Source: an uncultured Oscillospiraceae bacterium
GTDB taxonomy: Bacteria > Bacillota > Clostridia > Oscillospirales > Ruminococcaceae
Assembly (NCBI GenBank): GCA_964370215.1
Contig: CAYJIM010000003.1
Span: 13,308-77,307 of the forward strand
DNA length: 64,000 bases
Direction of reading: 5' to 3'
Below, piece by piece: positions 19,619 through 30,043 of this stretch. The position numbers were made by a program, and so were the translations under genes. The notes beneath the pieces were generated by a model that saw only the letters and a program-made list of their open reading frames with translations, did not search any database and had not been told where the DNA came from. How positions within the stretch are numbered: the first letter of the stretch is position 1; every line of letters starts with the position of its first letter.

Positions 19619-20194
19619 ATAATTGAGCACTGTTTCAATGGCATGATCCTGTAGTACAGGCTTGCTATGTTCTTTGTAGTGGGCAGCACGCACCGCCCCT
19701 TTGCCGTCGTAACTGGCATATTCGGTCATGATGTTGATGATGCGTTGGTTGCTGCGACAGTAAGTGTAAAGCAATAAGATATAACCCCCTCGTTCGTCGC
19801 TATATACAGAAGATTTGACGATGAGGTGTGCATAGTCATAAAACAGACGTTTACAGCATGCGGTGAGTATGTCAAGTGTTTGTAACTTGAAAATGAGTGG
19901 GGTGTCAAACCCTGCTCGCTCCTTTTGAAATGCCTTACCGCTCTGCTTGTCGGTCATCAAATTGACATACAAAATACATCCCCCGAGATCGTCGGGGAAG
20001 GCCTCAATGAACAATTTATGTTGGTCAATTGGCAGTGTTGTCACTTCTTGGACCTGTTGCATGATGTTCAAAATTGCCTGTCTGGTATTGCGGTCATTGT
20101 AATCCATCTGATCATAGGTGATGGAAAAATGATCCATATCTTCGGCAGACAGTAAAATTTTTACGGTAAGGTCATCAAGCATTTCAATGTGCAT
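19610..20194 (-). CDS. mecA: Adaptor protein MecA
   Basis: The N-terminus MHIEMLDDLTVKILLSAEDMDHFSITYDQMDY and the overall length resemble clostridial MecA adaptor proteins. The 3' end overlaps rpe convergently by 9 nt. Confidence 0.65.
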   Translation of the reverse strand: MHIEMLDDLTVKILLSAEDMDHFSITYDQMDYNDRNTRQAILNIMQQVQEVTTLPIDQHKLFIEAFPDDLGGCILYVNLMTDKQSGKAFQKERAGFDTPLIFKLQTLDILTACCKRLFYDYAHLIVKSSVYSDERGGYILLLYTYCRSNQRIINIMTEYASYDGKGAVRAAHYKEHSKPVLQDHAIETVLNYLG

Positions 20195-20380
20195 GACCGA
20201 ATCCTCCTTGAAATTAGTACGATTACTCTATTGTATCGAACGGAATGAAAAAACAGAACACGAAATCGTTTTAATTTTAAGCGCGTAGTGCAACTGTTAC
20301 AAGATTTTGTCGTGCAAAATAGAAATTTTACTTTTCAAAAAAAAGAAAATATGGTATAATGAAATTAAAGATTTAGAAGA

Positions 20381-20776
20381 ATGGAGAATGGGACTGTGGC
20401 AGGAGAAAAAGTGAATTCTCGTGTGATGGGGTGTCTGTTAAAATTGGTCGGATTTGTGGTGATGGTTATGGTGTTTATTGCCATCATTTTTTTCCTATTC
20501 AATGGGCTCACTTACGTCATGTCGGGAGAAAATTTGGACATTCCGGGATTTGATGGTATTGTAGAAGCAATTGACCAGTTTACCCAAGGGGTGGCGACAG
20601 AGATGGATAACTTGATGACCAACACTGATCAGACGGAAATTGACAACATATTAGAACAGAGCGATGATATGCTAGCTGATGTAGAGCAGATGCTCGAAGA
20701 TGGCGAAGCGAACGCAGCTGAATCGGCACCAACACAAGAGGCACCACCGGCAGAAGAAGTACCGCCGACTGAATAA
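20381..20776 (+). CDS. Hypothetical single-pass membrane protein with an acidic C-terminal region
   Basis: It has one TM helix (LVGFVVMVMVFIAIIFFLF) and then an Asp/Glu-rich tail. An extended -10 element (tggtataat) lies about 25 nt upstream. The start codon is uncertain. Confidence 0.5.
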   Translation: MENGTVAGEKVNSRVMGCLLKLVGFVVMVMVFIAIIFFLFNGLTYVMSGENLDIPGFDGIVEAIDQFTQGVATEMDNLMTNTDQTEIDNILEQSDDMLADVEQMLEDGEANAAESAPTQEAPPAEEVPPTE

Positions 20777-20842
20777 AGCAACAGGACGCATCCCTGTTGT
20801 CGGGCACGAAAATATAAAATACTTTTACTGGAGGGACGACCA

Positions 20843-22561
20843 ATGGATGTACAGGCATTATATCAACAATGGATGAATGAACAATTGGAAGATGCTGACT
20901 TGACCGTAGAATTGGCGGCAATGGAAGGCAATGATGAAGAAATTTTTGATCATTTTTATCAAGATCTAGCATTTGGTACCGCAGGCTTACGTGGAGTGAT
21001 CGGTGCCGGCACCAACCGTATGAACCTCTATGTGGTACGCAAGGCAACCCAAGGGTTTGCAGACTATATCAATGCGCATTACAGCAACCCACAGGTGGCA
21101 ATCAGCTATGACAGCCGCATCAAATCAGATTTGTTTGCCAAAGAAACTGCACGCGTACTGGCAGCAAATGGCATTGTTGCAAATCTTTACAAAGAGCTCA
21201 TGCCGGTACCGTGTCTTTCTTATGCTGTGCGCGCACTGCATTGTCAAGCAGGTATTATGTTGACCGCTTCCCACAACCCTGCAAAATACAACGGCTACAA
21301 AGCCTATGGCGACGACGGGTGTCAAATTGGGCTGGAAGTGGCAAACGAAGTACTCGATAACATTGCAAACACTGAAATGTTTGGCGGCGCTAAAATCTGT
21401 GATTTTGACAAAGCCGTTGCCGATGGCATGATCCGCTATATTGATGACACCGTCATCAATGGGTTTTTGGATGCCATTCAAAGTCAACAGATCCATCCGG
21501 AAGTGGTGGCTGATGCCAACTTGAAAGTCGTTTACACCCCACTCAATGGGGCAGGGAACAAACCGGTGCGCGCCATTTTGAATCGCATTGGCATTGCCGA
21601 TGTGATTGTCGTGCCGGAGCAGGAACAACCCGACGGCAACTTCCCAACCTGTCCTTTCCCGAACCCTGAAATCAAGGAAGCGATGGCATATGGTGTTGCT
21701 CTTTGTGAAAAAACAGGGGCGGACTTGTTGCTTGCCACTGATCCGGACTGTGACCGTGTTGGGATTGCAGTACCCAATGCAGGTGGGGAGTATATTCTCA
21801 TCACCGGCAATGAAGTGGGTGCAATGCTCATGGAATACATCTGTTCGGAGCGGATTGCAACCGGCACGATGCCTGTTGATCCGGTAGCGGTCACCACCAT
21901 TGTGTCCACCACTTTGGTTGGTCAAATTGCAAAAGCCTATGGGGTAGATCTGCGCCTGACACTGACAGGGTTTAAATTTATCGGCGAGCAAATTTTAGGA
22001 TTGGAACAAGACGGTCATCCGGAGCGTTATATCTTCGGTTTTGAAGAAAGCTATGGCTACCTCATTGGTACCCATGCAAGAGATAAAGATGCAGTTGTTG
22101 CCTCAATGCTCATCTGTGAAATGGCGGCATTTTTGAAATCCAAAGGGATTTCTGTGCTGGACTATCTCAATGGCATTTATGAAAAATACGGTGTCTTTTA
22201 CCATACCCAACACAGCTTTACCTGTGAGGGGGCTGCCGGTATGGAACAAATGGCAAGTATTATGAAACAGTTGCAACAAGCACCGCCAACCGAGGTGGCG
22301 GGGTATCGCGTCCTGTCGGTAGACAATTACATCACCGGACTGTCCAAAGATCTGGCAACAGGGGAGGAGACTGCCTTGACCTTGCCACGTTCTGCGGTAT
22401 TGTTCTATCATTTGGAAAATCAAATCAGCATTTGTGTCCGTCCGTCCGGTACCGAGCCGAAAATTAAGGCGTACTATACCGCGGTGACCAAGACACAACA
22501 ACAAGCAAAAGAACTGGAAGCGGCGCTCAGTAAGGCGTTCGCAACGGTATTGGGATTTTAA
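20843..22561 (+). CDS. pgcA: Phospho-sugar mutase (phosphoglucomutase/phosphomannomutase family)
   Basis: The active-site loop is TASHNPAKYNGYK, with Mg site DPDCDR and sugar loop GFEESYGY. Confidence 0.9.
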   Translation: MDVQALYQQWMNEQLEDADLTVELAAMEGNDEEIFDHFYQDLAFGTAGLRGVIGAGTNRMNLYVVRKATQGFADYINAHYSNPQVAISYDSRIKSDLFAKETARVLAANGIVANLYKELMPVPCLSYAVRALHCQAGIMLTASHNPAKYNGYKAYGDDGCQIGLEVANEVLDNIANTEMFGGAKICDFDKAVADGMIRYIDDTVINGFLDAIQSQQIHPEVVADANLKVVYTPLNGAGNKPVRAILNRIGIADVIVVPEQEQPDGNFPTCPFPNPEIKEAMAYGVALCEKTGADLLLATDPDCDRVGIAVPNAGGEYILITGNEVGAMLMEYICSERIATGTMPVDPVAVTTIVSTTLVGQIAKAYGVDLRLTLTGFKFIGEQILGLEQDGHPERYIFGFEESYGYLIGTHARDKDAVVASMLICEMAAFLKSKGISVLDYLNGIYEKYGVFYHTQHSFTCEGAAGMEQMASIMKQLQQAPPTEVAGYRVLSVDNYITGLSKDLATGEETALTLPRSAVLFYHLENQISICVRPSGTEPKIKAYYTAVTKTQQQAKELEAALSKAFATVLGF

Positions 22562-22614
22562 GACAGGCGTTTTACACTTGCCTGTGGATCCCATGATAAA
22601 TGGAGGAGTACAGG

Positions 22615-23739
22615 ATGAGTGTTCAAATTCAATTTGGTAGTAGTGGAGATATGAAGCGTATTATAGCGCTTGCCGATCGTTGCTTTGGGTTCGATCAAAA
22701 CCCACAGGATTCCTTTGTGCGCAATGGCGCAAAATTTTATGGCGAAGGGTTGGAAACCTCAAAACATCACCTGTTGGTCACCATTGATGGGGCTTTGGTA
22801 GGGCTTGTTGGTATCTGCCCTGTCACTATGAAAGTCGGAGAGCAAACCCTGTCGTTTGCAGGCATCGGGACAGTTTGTACCGCCCCTGAAGCACGTGGCA
22901 AAGGGGTGATGCAGCTCATGCTCAACCGGTGCAATGAGGTCATTGCGGAAAAAGGATATGATGGTGCCTTCTTGGCAGGTATTTATGAGCGTTATCGTCA
23001 TTTTGGTTATGAAATTGGGGAGTCGATTTGTCGTGTGAAAATGAAGCGAGAAACGACAGATACCATGCTGTTCTTGCAACCACTACAAGCAAATGATCCG
23101 TTGCTTGCCAACTGTCTTGCACTGCATGACACCCAGTCAGTTCGTTTTGAGCGAAACCTTACGACACTGTACGGCCTACTGACCCAGTGGAATCGCAAAC
23201 CTTATGCAATTTTGAATGGGGAAGGGGATCTTGTGGGGTATTTGGGATATACCTTAGAAGGCAATGCGATACAGGAGCTATACTTGTCTGATAATCAAGA
23301 TCTCACAGCAGTTGCACAACTATTGATGCAAGAAGTCGACAAACAAGACCTTTTGTTGGAATTGCCAACCTACTTGAAAACGCTTTGTACGCAAGCGAAA
23401 GCTGTAGGGCAGGTGGTCGACTTTGAACCTGCATTGATGGTGAAAATTTGCTCCTTTGAAACGATGCTTTCAGCGTTGTTGCCACTCAAAGAAGATTTGC
23501 CGGACGGACAGTTCATCTTGCATGTTAACAAAAGAGAACGTGTGTTGATTCGTGTCGTGGGGGGAGTGGTTACCGTACAGGCGACCAGACAAACCCCGGA
23601 CATCAGACTGGATTGGGATGAGGCGACAAAGCTTGTGTTCGGGCGCTTGGTTCCGACAGACCTGTCGGAAGAACAACAGTCCTTTGTCAAGGCTTTGTTC
23701 CCACTGGACTTTGGTATTCCGTACGGCGATCAGTTTTAA
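22615..23739 (+). CDS. GNAT family N-acetyltransferase, Eis-like with a C-terminal SCP2-type domain
   Basis: The acetyl-CoA motif is PEARGKGVMQLML. The length and two-domain layout are typical of Eis/MshD-like enzymes. The start was chosen at the ATG behind the ggagg RBS. Confidence 0.7.
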   Translation: MSVQIQFGSSGDMKRIIALADRCFGFDQNPQDSFVRNGAKFYGEGLETSKHHLLVTIDGALVGLVGICPVTMKVGEQTLSFAGIGTVCTAPEARGKGVMQLMLNRCNEVIAEKGYDGAFLAGIYERYRHFGYEIGESICRVKMKRETTDTMLFLQPLQANDPLLANCLALHDTQSVRFERNLTTLYGLLTQWNRKPYAILNGEGDLVGYLGYTLEGNAIQELYLSDNQDLTAVAQLLMQEVDKQDLLLELPTYLKTLCTQAKAVGQVVDFEPALMVKICSFETMLSALLPLKEDLPDGQFILHVNKRERVLIRVVGGVVTVQATRQTPDIRLDWDEATKLVFGRLVPTDLSEEQQSFVKALFPLDFGIPYGDQF

Positions 23740-23759
23740 AAATTATTTTTGAAAAACAC

Positions 23760-23788
23760 TTGCTTTTTCACTGCGGGTATGCTATACT
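23760..23788 (+). promoter_or_regulatory. Sigma-A type promoter (TTGCTT-17-TATACT) for rpmE
   Basis: The hexamers lie at 23760-23765 and 23783-23788 with a 17-nt spacer. This leaves a leader of about 120 nt. Confidence 0.55.
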
Positions 23789-23915
23789 ATATGGGTATGA
23801 GACTGTTTTTAATCGGTGAAAGCCGTTTAGAAAAGGGGAATTTTCCCCATACATTTCTTATGTATGATGGCAAAATCTATCATGCGCAAAATAAGAGTTA
23901 TGAGAGGTGAAAGCA

Positions 23916-24119
23916 ATGAAACAAGGTATTCATCCGAATTATGAAGCAACCACCATCAGCTGTGCTTGTGGTGAGGTCATTTCGACTCGTTCTACTAAAG
24001 GTGGCGAAATCAAAGTAGAAATCTGTTCGAAATGTCATCCGTTCTTTACCGGAAGACAAAAACTGGTTGACACCGGTGGCCGTGTTGATCGATTCAAAAA
24101 GCGTTTCAACATCAAATAA
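23916..24119 (+). CDS. rpmE: 50S ribosomal protein L31 (Zn-ribbon type A)
   Basis: MKQGIHPNY...CACGEV...[26 protein letters not shown]. Confidence 0.97.
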   Translation: MKQGIHPNYEATTISCACGEVISTRSTKGGEIKVEICSKCHPFFTGRQKLVDTGGRVDRFKKRFNIK

Positions 24120-24136
24120 GAATGCTTTTAAACATG

Positions 24137-24178
24137 TAGGCGATGCAGCAGTTGTTGCATCGCCTAAAATGTTTTTTC
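24137..24178 (+). terminator. rpmE terminator
   Basis: The 11-bp stem taggcgatgca / tgcatcgccta is followed by a T6 run. Its presence also argues that the next gene starts at 24200, not 24143. Confidence 0.75.
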
Positions 24179-24199
24179 ACAGATAAAAGAGGTGGTCAG

Positions 24200-24826
24200 A
24201 TGGATTATCAAACCGTGGCGGACATGGTGCAGACAGAACTCATCGAAAAGAAATCTCGATTTTTGGCAACCGTCATCCCCTGTGAATCGGAAGAAGAGGC
24301 GTTGGCGTTTGTGGCACAAAAGAAAAAAGAACACTGGGATGCCAACCACAATGTCTTTTGCTACATCATTCGACAAGAGGGGCAGGAGGACTTGAAACGC
24401 TGTAGTGACGATGGAGAACCGCAGGGTACAGCCGGACGGCCGATGCTCACGGTCCTTGAAAATTCAGGGCTGAAAAACCTCTGTGCTGTGGTCACCCGTT
24501 ACTTTGGTGGCACACTCCTCGGCACCGGTGGATTGGTGCGTGCCTATTCTCACGCCACGTCCAGTGCATTGGAAGAAGCGACCGTCGTGACAGTGGCACG
24601 CTGCAAGGAACTGTCGTTGTCGATGGACTACAGTTGGTACGGCAAGGTCAACACCTTGGTGACAGAGTCGGGTGGCAATGTTTTGGTGTCTGATTTTGCA
24701 GAAAAAGTGAATCTGCTTTTTTTACTACAGGCGGACCGTGTAGCCAAATTTGAAAAAAATCTCACAGAATTGACCAATGGTCAGGTGATTGCGGTAGAAA
24801 CTGCTGAAAAAATGCAAAAAATCTAA
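24200..24826 (+). CDS. yigZ: YigZ / IMPACT family protein (UPF0029)
   Basis: KKSRFLA...ANHNVFCY...DDGEPQGTAGRPML...VVTRYFGGTLLGTGGLVRAY. Confidence 0.9.
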   Translation: MDYQTVADMVQTELIEKKSRFLATVIPCESEEEALAFVAQKKKEHWDANHNVFCYIIRQEGQEDLKRCSDDGEPQGTAGRPMLTVLENSGLKNLCAVVTRYFGGTLLGTGGLVRAYSHATSSALEEATVVTVARCKELSLSMDYSWYGKVNTLVTESGGNVLVSDFAEKVNLLFLLQADRVAKFEKNLTELTNGQVIAVETAEKMQKI

Positions 24827-24925
24827 TATTTTTTTGATATTTCTTCAAATTTTCGATTTTTTTGAAAAATAAAAAAGGGTTTTGCCTACGAATCTTGTAT
24901 ATAAGTAGATAAAGGGGGTTTTGCC

Positions 24926-25921
24926 ATGCGAATCGACACCGAACAGCTGGAACAACAAACACTCTCTCCCTTTGCCAAACAATCGGCAAAAACGATTGGA
25001 CGGGTACGTGGCGAACAGCCCTGTCCCATTCGTACTGATTTTGCAAGGGATCGAGACCGCATCACCCACAGCAAGTCCTTTCGACGCTTAAAACAAAAAA
25101 CACAGGTGTTTTTGTCCCCTCACGGAGATCATTATCGCACCCGTTTGACCCATACCTTAGAGGTTTCTCAAATTGCTCGCACCATTGCAAGGGCGTTGCG
25201 CCTCAATGAAGATTTGGCAGAGGCGATTGCGTTGGGTCACGATTTGGGACATACCCCGTTCGGACATACCGGTGAACGGACGCTTCGAAAGCTCGCTTCC
25301 TTTCACTTTTCCCATGCAGCCCAAAGTGTGCGTGTGGTGGAATTGTTGGAACGAAGTGGTCAAGGACTAAACCTTACGTACGAAGTCAAAAACGGCATTG
25401 CCTGCCATGGTACAGGGGGGGCTGATGCAGATACGCTAGAAGGAAAAGTGGTGGAACTATCCGACAAAATCGCTTATATCAATCACGATATTGAAGATGC
25501 GGTGCGTGCAGGTATCCTTTCGGTCGATGAATTGCCATATGACGCAGTATATGTGTTGGGACGCAACAAAAGTGAGAGAATCACAACCATGATTGCCTCG
25601 ATTGTGGAACATAGTGTGGGAAAACCACACATCACGATGGACGAAGAGGTGCAAAAAGCACACAAGCATTTGCGTGACTTTATGTTTGAATATGTCTACT
25701 CCGCCTCTCCTGCCAATAGTGAGGAACAAAAGGCGGACCATGTCGTGGAAAGCCTTTACTTATATTTCAATGAGCATCCTGAAAAGATGAAACCGCTCTA
25801 TCAAACCATCCTGCAAACGGAAGGGAAAGACCGTGCGATTTGTGATGCGATTGCCAGCATGACCGATGAATATGCCGTCTCCCTTTACCAAGAGATTTAT
25901 ATCCCCAAACGGTTCTATTAA
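24926..25921 (+). CDS. dgt: dGTP triphosphohydrolase-like HD-domain protein
   Basis: FARDRDRITHSKSFRRLKQKTQVF...HYRTRLTHTLEVSQIAR...GHDLGHTPFGH. It lies directly upstream of dnaG-rpoD. Confidence 0.9.
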   Translation: MRIDTEQLEQQTLSPFAKQSAKTIGRVRGEQPCPIRTDFARDRDRITHSKSFRRLKQKTQVFLSPHGDHYRTRLTHTLEVSQIARTIARALRLNEDLAEAIALGHDLGHTPFGHTGERTLRKLASFHFSHAAQSVRVVELLERSGQGLNLTYEVKNGIACHGTGGADADTLEGKVVELSDKIAYINHDIEDAVRAGILSVDELPYDAVYVLGRNKSERITTMIASIVEHSVGKPHITMDEEVQKAHKHLRDFMFEYVYSASPANSEEQKADHVVESLYLYFNEHPEKMKPLYQTILQTEGKDRAICDAIASMTDEYAVSLYQEIYIPKRFY

Positions 25922-25953
25922 GGAATCCAACCGCATAAGAAAGGAGGGGACAG

Positions 25954-27711
25954 ATGCCAATTCCAAGAAGTTTTATTGACCAGTTGCTCCTGCATTCCGA
26001 CATTGAAGATGTCATTTCGACCTATGTCGCCATCAGTCGAGACGGCAAAAACAAAAAAGGACTCTGTCCCTTTCACTCGGAAAAAACACCTTCCATGGTC
26101 GTCTATCCAGACACCCAATCCTTTTACTGCTTTGGCTGTGGGGCAGGTGGTGATGCCATTTCCTTTGTGATGCGGCATGACAATCTCAGTTACATAGAAG
26201 CGGTCAAACTGCTGGCACAACGAGCCGGATTGACGGTGCCGGAAGAGGATGGTGACGACCGTTTAGGCAAACTAAAACTCCGCATTTTAGAAATTAACAG
26301 GGAAACGGCACGCTTTTACCATGCCTGTTTAAAGTCCCCTCATGGGCAAATCGGGTATGATTATCTAACAAAAGAACGAGGACTTTCCAAAAAAGTCCTC
26401 ACCCATTATGGGTTGGGGTTTGCACCCAATGGATGGGACAATTTGTTAAAGCACCTCAAGCAAAAAGGGTACAGCGTGCAGGAAATGAGCGAGGCGAAGG
26501 TCATCACCAAGGGGAAAAGTGGCAGATATTACGACTTTTTTCGCAACCGTGTCATGTTTCCGGTCATTGACTTGAGGGGTAATGTCATTGCTTTTGGCGG
26601 ACGGGTCATGGACGACAGCAAACCCAAATACCTCAATACCTCCGACACACCGGTGTTCAAGAAAAGCCGCAATCTGTTTTCTTTGAACTTTGCCAAAAAT
26701 GTAGGATCGGGTAGATTGATCCTAGCGGAAGGATATATGGACGTCATTGCCATTCACGCCGCAGGATTTGAGGATGTGGTTGCCACCTTGGGTACTGCCC
26801 TCACCGCTGAGCAGGCAAGGCTTATTTCCAATTATGCAAAGGAAGTGCTAGTCGCTTACGATTCGGACGGGGCAGGGCAACAGGCCATTCACCGTGCCAT
26901 CAACCTGTTGTCGGAAGTGTCGGTGACCACCAAAACCATTCGCATGGATGGCGCAAAGGACCCCGATGAATACATCAAAAAATTTGGTGTTAAACGATTT
27001 GAACTCCTGCTCAAAGGGGCATCGGATGTCATGGAGTTTGAGCTCAAGCGTGCCCAAGAGGGACTCGACATCAAAGTACCAATGGATCGCACCACCTATT
27101 TAAAGCGTGCCGTTAGCGTGCTTGCCAACATCAACAACGAGATGGAACGGGAAGTATATGCCGGTAACGTTGCGGCAGAATGTAATGTGACGGTGCAGTC
27201 CATCATGACACAGGTCAATGGATTGCGTAAAAGTCGAAAACGCAGTGCGGATAAAAAGGAATGGGATCAGATTGTGCAGAATCGGGAGGTCGCAACCGAT
27301 CGTATCAACCCCGATCGTGCAAAATTTTATCGAGAATCGCAGGCGGAAGAGGGGCTCATTGCGGTGGTATTTAAAAATCCTGATTATTTACCGATGATTT
27401 TGTCAAACATTACCGCAGACGATTTTGTCACTGCCTTTCATCGGCAGGTATTTGAAGCGTTAATAGAATTGTTAGAATCGAATCAAGGATCGCTGCATAT
27501 CAGTTTATTATTGCAAAAATTTTCCGCTGAGCAGGCAGGTGCCATCACCAGAATCATTGCAAAGTTACAGGATGTCACCATCACCAAAAAACTGGTGGAA
27601 GATTATATAGAGGTGTTGTTAAAACATCGACAGAGTTTAAAGACCAAGGATTTACAAGGCATTTCCATCGAAGAGTTGGAACGTCGCCGGATCGATTTAA
27701 GCAAACGGTAG
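25954..27711 (+). CDS. dnaG: DNA primase
   Basis: It has the zinc finger CPFHSEKTPSMVV..FYCFGCGAGGD and the TOPRIM segment ILAEGYMDVIA..VAYDSDGAGQ. Confidence 0.97.
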   Translation: MPIPRSFIDQLLLHSDIEDVISTYVAISRDGKNKKGLCPFHSEKTPSMVVYPDTQSFYCFGCGAGGDAISFVMRHDNLSYIEAVKLLAQRAGLTVPEEDGDDRLGKLKLRILEINRETARFYHACLKSPHGQIGYDYLTKERGLSKKVLTHYGLGFAPNGWDNLLKHLKQKGYSVQEMSEAKVITKGKSGRYYDFFRNRVMFPVIDLRGNVIAFGGRVMDDSKPKYLNTSDTPVFKKSRNLFSLNFAKNVGSGRLILAEGYMDVIAIHAAGFEDVVATLGTALTAEQARLISNYAKEVLVAYDSDGAGQQAIHRAINLLSEVSVTTKTIRMDGAKDPDEYIKKFGVKRFELLLKGASDVMEFELKRAQEGLDIKVPMDRTTYLKRAVSVLANINNEMEREVYAGNVAAECNVTVQSIMTQVNGLRKSRKRSADKKEWDQIVQNREVATDRINPDRAKFYRESQAEEGLIAVVFKNPDYLPMILSNITADDFVTAFHRQVFEALIELLESNQGSLHISLLLQKFSAEQAGAITRIIAKLQDVTITKKLVEDYIEVLLKHRQSLKTKDLQGISIEELERRRIDLSKR

Positions 27712-27729
27712 AAGAGGGAGAATGAAGTT

Positions 27730-28809
27730 ATGCCAGAAAAAAAATCAGCAGTTATGGATCTGATGGAGCAAGGCAAGCAAAAGGGTAAATTGACCACAAA
27801 GGAAATCAACGACGCATTGGAGGAACTGGATTTTGACCTAGAGCAGATCGATAAACTCTATGAGTCGTTGGAAAGTTTGAACGTCGACATCGTTGAAGAT
27901 CTTGTTTCGGATGATTTGGAATTTGCCAAAAGTCCGGCATTGAGCGAAGAGATTGAAACAACATTGGTGGCCGAAGGAGTGAACATCGACGACCCTGTCA
28001 AAGTCTACCTCAAAGAAATCGGTCGGGTACCACTCTTGACCGCGGAAGAGGAGGTCAGCCTTGCTACCCGCATGAAAGAAGGGGACATTGCAGCAAGAAA
28101 GCGTCTGTCCGAGGCGAATTTGCGTCTGGTTGTCAGCATTGCAAAACGCTATGTCGGTCGTGGGATGCAGTTTTTGGATCTCATCCAGGAAGGGAACTTA
28201 GGTCTGATCAAAGCGGTAGAAAAATTTGATTATACCAAAGGCTTTAAATTCTCCACCTATGCCACTTGGTGGATTCGCCAAGCCATCACCAGAGCAATTG
28301 CCGATCAAGCTAGAACCATTCGTATTCCGGTTCATATGGTAGAAACCATCAATAAAGTCAAAAAGGTATCGAGCCAGCTGTTGCACCAAAATGGGCATGA
28401 ACCAAATGCCGAAGAGATTGCAAAAGAGTTGGATATGCCGGTGGATAAAGTGCGTGAAATTATGCGTGCAGCACAGGAACCGGTGTCACTAGAAACTCCC
28501 ATCGGGGAGGAAGAAGACAGTCACTTGGGAGACTTTATTCCCGATGATGATGCACCGGCACCTGCAGATGCAGCGTCCCACACACTGCTTCGTGAACAAC
28601 TGGGCGAAGTGTTATCGACCTTGACTGATCGTGAAGAGAAGGTGTTACGTCTGCGATTTGGTTTGGAAGACGGCCGATCCCGTACTTTGGAAGAAGTCGG
28701 CAAAGAGTTTGATGTTACCCGTGAACGTATCCGCCAAATAGAGGCCAAAGCGTTGCGCAAACTCCGTCATCCAAGTAGAAGTAAAAAACTAAAAGACTTT
28801 ATTGATTGA
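27730..28809 (+). CDS. rpoD: Primary RNA polymerase sigma factor
   Basis: Region 2 reads [53 protein letters not shown]. Region 4 reads [30 protein letters not shown]. Confidence 0.97.
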   Translation: MPEKKSAVMDLMEQGKQKGKLTTKEINDALEELDFDLEQIDKLYESLESLNVDIVEDLVSDDLEFAKSPALSEEIETTLVAEGVNIDDPVKVYLKEIGRVPLLTAEEEVSLATRMKEGDIAARKRLSEANLRLVVSIAKRYVGRGMQFLDLIQEGNLGLIKAVEKFDYTKGFKFSTYATWWIRQAITRAIADQARTIRIPVHMVETINKVKKVSSQLLHQNGHEPNAEEIAKELDMPVDKVREIMRAAQEPVSLETPIGEEEDSHLGDFIPDDDAPAPADAASHTLLREQLGEVLSTLTDREEKVLRLRFGLEDGRSRTLEEVGKEFDVTRERIRQIEAKALRKLRHPSRSKKLKDFID

Positions 28810-28821
28810 TAGGAGAGCGAC

Positions 28822-29220
28822 ATGTATATTACTTTAGAAACGGATTATGCGATTCGCATCATGATTTGTCTGATTGAACAACAAGGACGCATTGATGCAA
28901 AAAATATCGCAGAAAAAACTGATGTAACGTTACGATTCGCACTCAAAATTTTGAGAAAGTTGGTTGCTGCCGGATTTGTACGTTCCTATAAGGGGATCAA
29001 GGGTGGCTATGAGTTTGCCGGGGAATCGGCCTTAGCACTTTCGCTGTATGACGTGGTGCTTGCCATTGAAGGCGAACCGTCGGTCAGTCGCTGTGTAGGA
29101 GAAGATGAACGTTGTATCCACGGACGTTCGGCACAGTGCAAGGTACATACCGCATTCATTGGTATTCATAAATCCCTGAAAAAGGAATTGCAGGCAGTGA
29201 CCTTTGATCAATTGGTGTAA
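28822..29220 (+). CDS. Rrf2 family transcriptional regulator
   Basis: The N-terminal wHTH (YAIRIMICL...IAEKTDVTLRFALKILRKLVAAGFV) and three C-terminal Cys residues are typical of Rrf2 proteins. Confidence 0.85.
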   Translation: MYITLETDYAIRIMICLIEQQGRIDAKNIAEKTDVTLRFALKILRKLVAAGFVRSYKGIKGGYEFAGESALALSLYDVVLAIEGEPSVSRCVGEDERCIHGRSAQCKVHTAFIGIHKSLKKELQAVTFDQLV

Positions 29221-29275
29221 CTTTCTGTCAATGCACCGTGAAAATGGTAAAATAATAAAAACAATGGTACTTTAC

Positions 29276-29304
29276 TTGACAAATTTGAAAAAATTTGATA
29301 TAGT
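29276..29304 (+). promoter_or_regulatory. Sigma-A promoter (TTGACA-17-TATAGT) driving the cobalamin riboswitch
   Basis: The hexamers lie at 29276-29281 and 29299-29304. Confidence 0.7.
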
Positions 29305-29307
29305 AAA

Positions 29308-29495
29308 GGTGACAATTACATATTGCAAAGGGAAAGCGGTCGCATCTAATGCGTGAAAATGGAACTTAGGTGCAACTCCTAGACAGTCCTGCTGCCGTAA
29401 TAATTGAGCTTTTTTCAAGTAGAGATACAGTCACTGAAAATTTTTTGGGAAGACGAACAAAAGCGTTTGAAATTAGAGTCGGAATACATGCCACT
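29308..29495 (+). promoter_or_regulatory. Cobalamin (B12) riboswitch
   Basis: agggaaagcggt...aggtgcaactcctagacagtcctgctgccgtaa...cagtcactg...gggaagacg...agtcggaatacatgcc matches the conserved cobalamin-element core and B12-box region. The downstream genes are B12-related. The boundaries are approximate. Confidence 0.8.
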
Positions 29496-29566
29496 TTTTT
29501 ACATCAAAAACTTCACAGGGTCATGAGGTTTTGGTCGGCGTGATAGATCGTATATCAACAACATCA

Positions 29567-29598
29567 AAACCCGGTTACCTTATGTAACTGGGTTTTTT
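29567..29598 (+). terminator. Cobalamin riboswitch expression-platform terminator
   Basis: The stem aaacccggttac / gtaactgggttt (one G-U pair) is followed by a T6 run, 44 nt before the first gene. Confidence 0.75.
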
Positions 29599-29641
29599 GA
29601 TGGGCAATTTGTGGTTGTACAACAATCTAAAGGAGCTCATC

Positions 29642-30043
29642 ATGAACAAAGAAAAAAGAAATTTACTACTGCTTGGCGGCGCTGTGCTGGTCATTGCCGT
29701 TGCAGCAGTCATTGGTCTTGCGACTTTCTTCCAACCACAGACAACCGCAGGGGAAAAAACCATTTCGGTACAGGTGGTCATGGCAGAAGAGGATGTACGC
29801 GATTTTACGGTACAAACACAGCGCGAATTTTTAGGTGATGCGCTGTTGGATGAAACATTGATTGAAGGAGAGGGAGGTGAGTACGGTCTGTTTGTGACTG
29901 CTGTTGATGGTGTGACAGCAGATGAAGCAAATCAGGAGTGGTGGTGCCTGACCAAGGGTGGCGAGACAGTCAACACAGGGTTTGATCAAACCCCCATTGC
30001 CGATGGCGATCAATTTGAAATTACATTGACGATCGGCTGGTAA
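29642..30043 (+). CDS. DUF4430 domain protein (putative surface cobalamin-binding protein)
   Basis: It has an N-terminal anchor (LLLLGGAVLVIAVAAV) and then a small beta domain ending WWCLTKGGETVNTGFDQTPIADGDQFEITL, which resembles the transcobalamin-like DUF4430 fold. It is the first gene behind the B12 riboswitch. Confidence 0.7.
   Translation: MNKEKRNLLLLGGAVLVIAVAAVIGLATFFQPQTTAGEKTISVQVVMAEEDVRDFTVQTQREFLGDALLDETLIEGEGGEYGLFVTAVDGVTADEANQEWWCLTKGGETVNTGFDQTPIADGDQFEITLTIGW

Noticed and set aside
24926-25921. dGTPase homologue as a possible anti-phage nucleotide-depletion defence gene.
   Set aside because: It sits in the conserved housekeeping arrangement directly upstream of dnaG and rpoD. 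There are no mobile or defence-island neighbours, so a housekeeping Dgt is the simpler reading.
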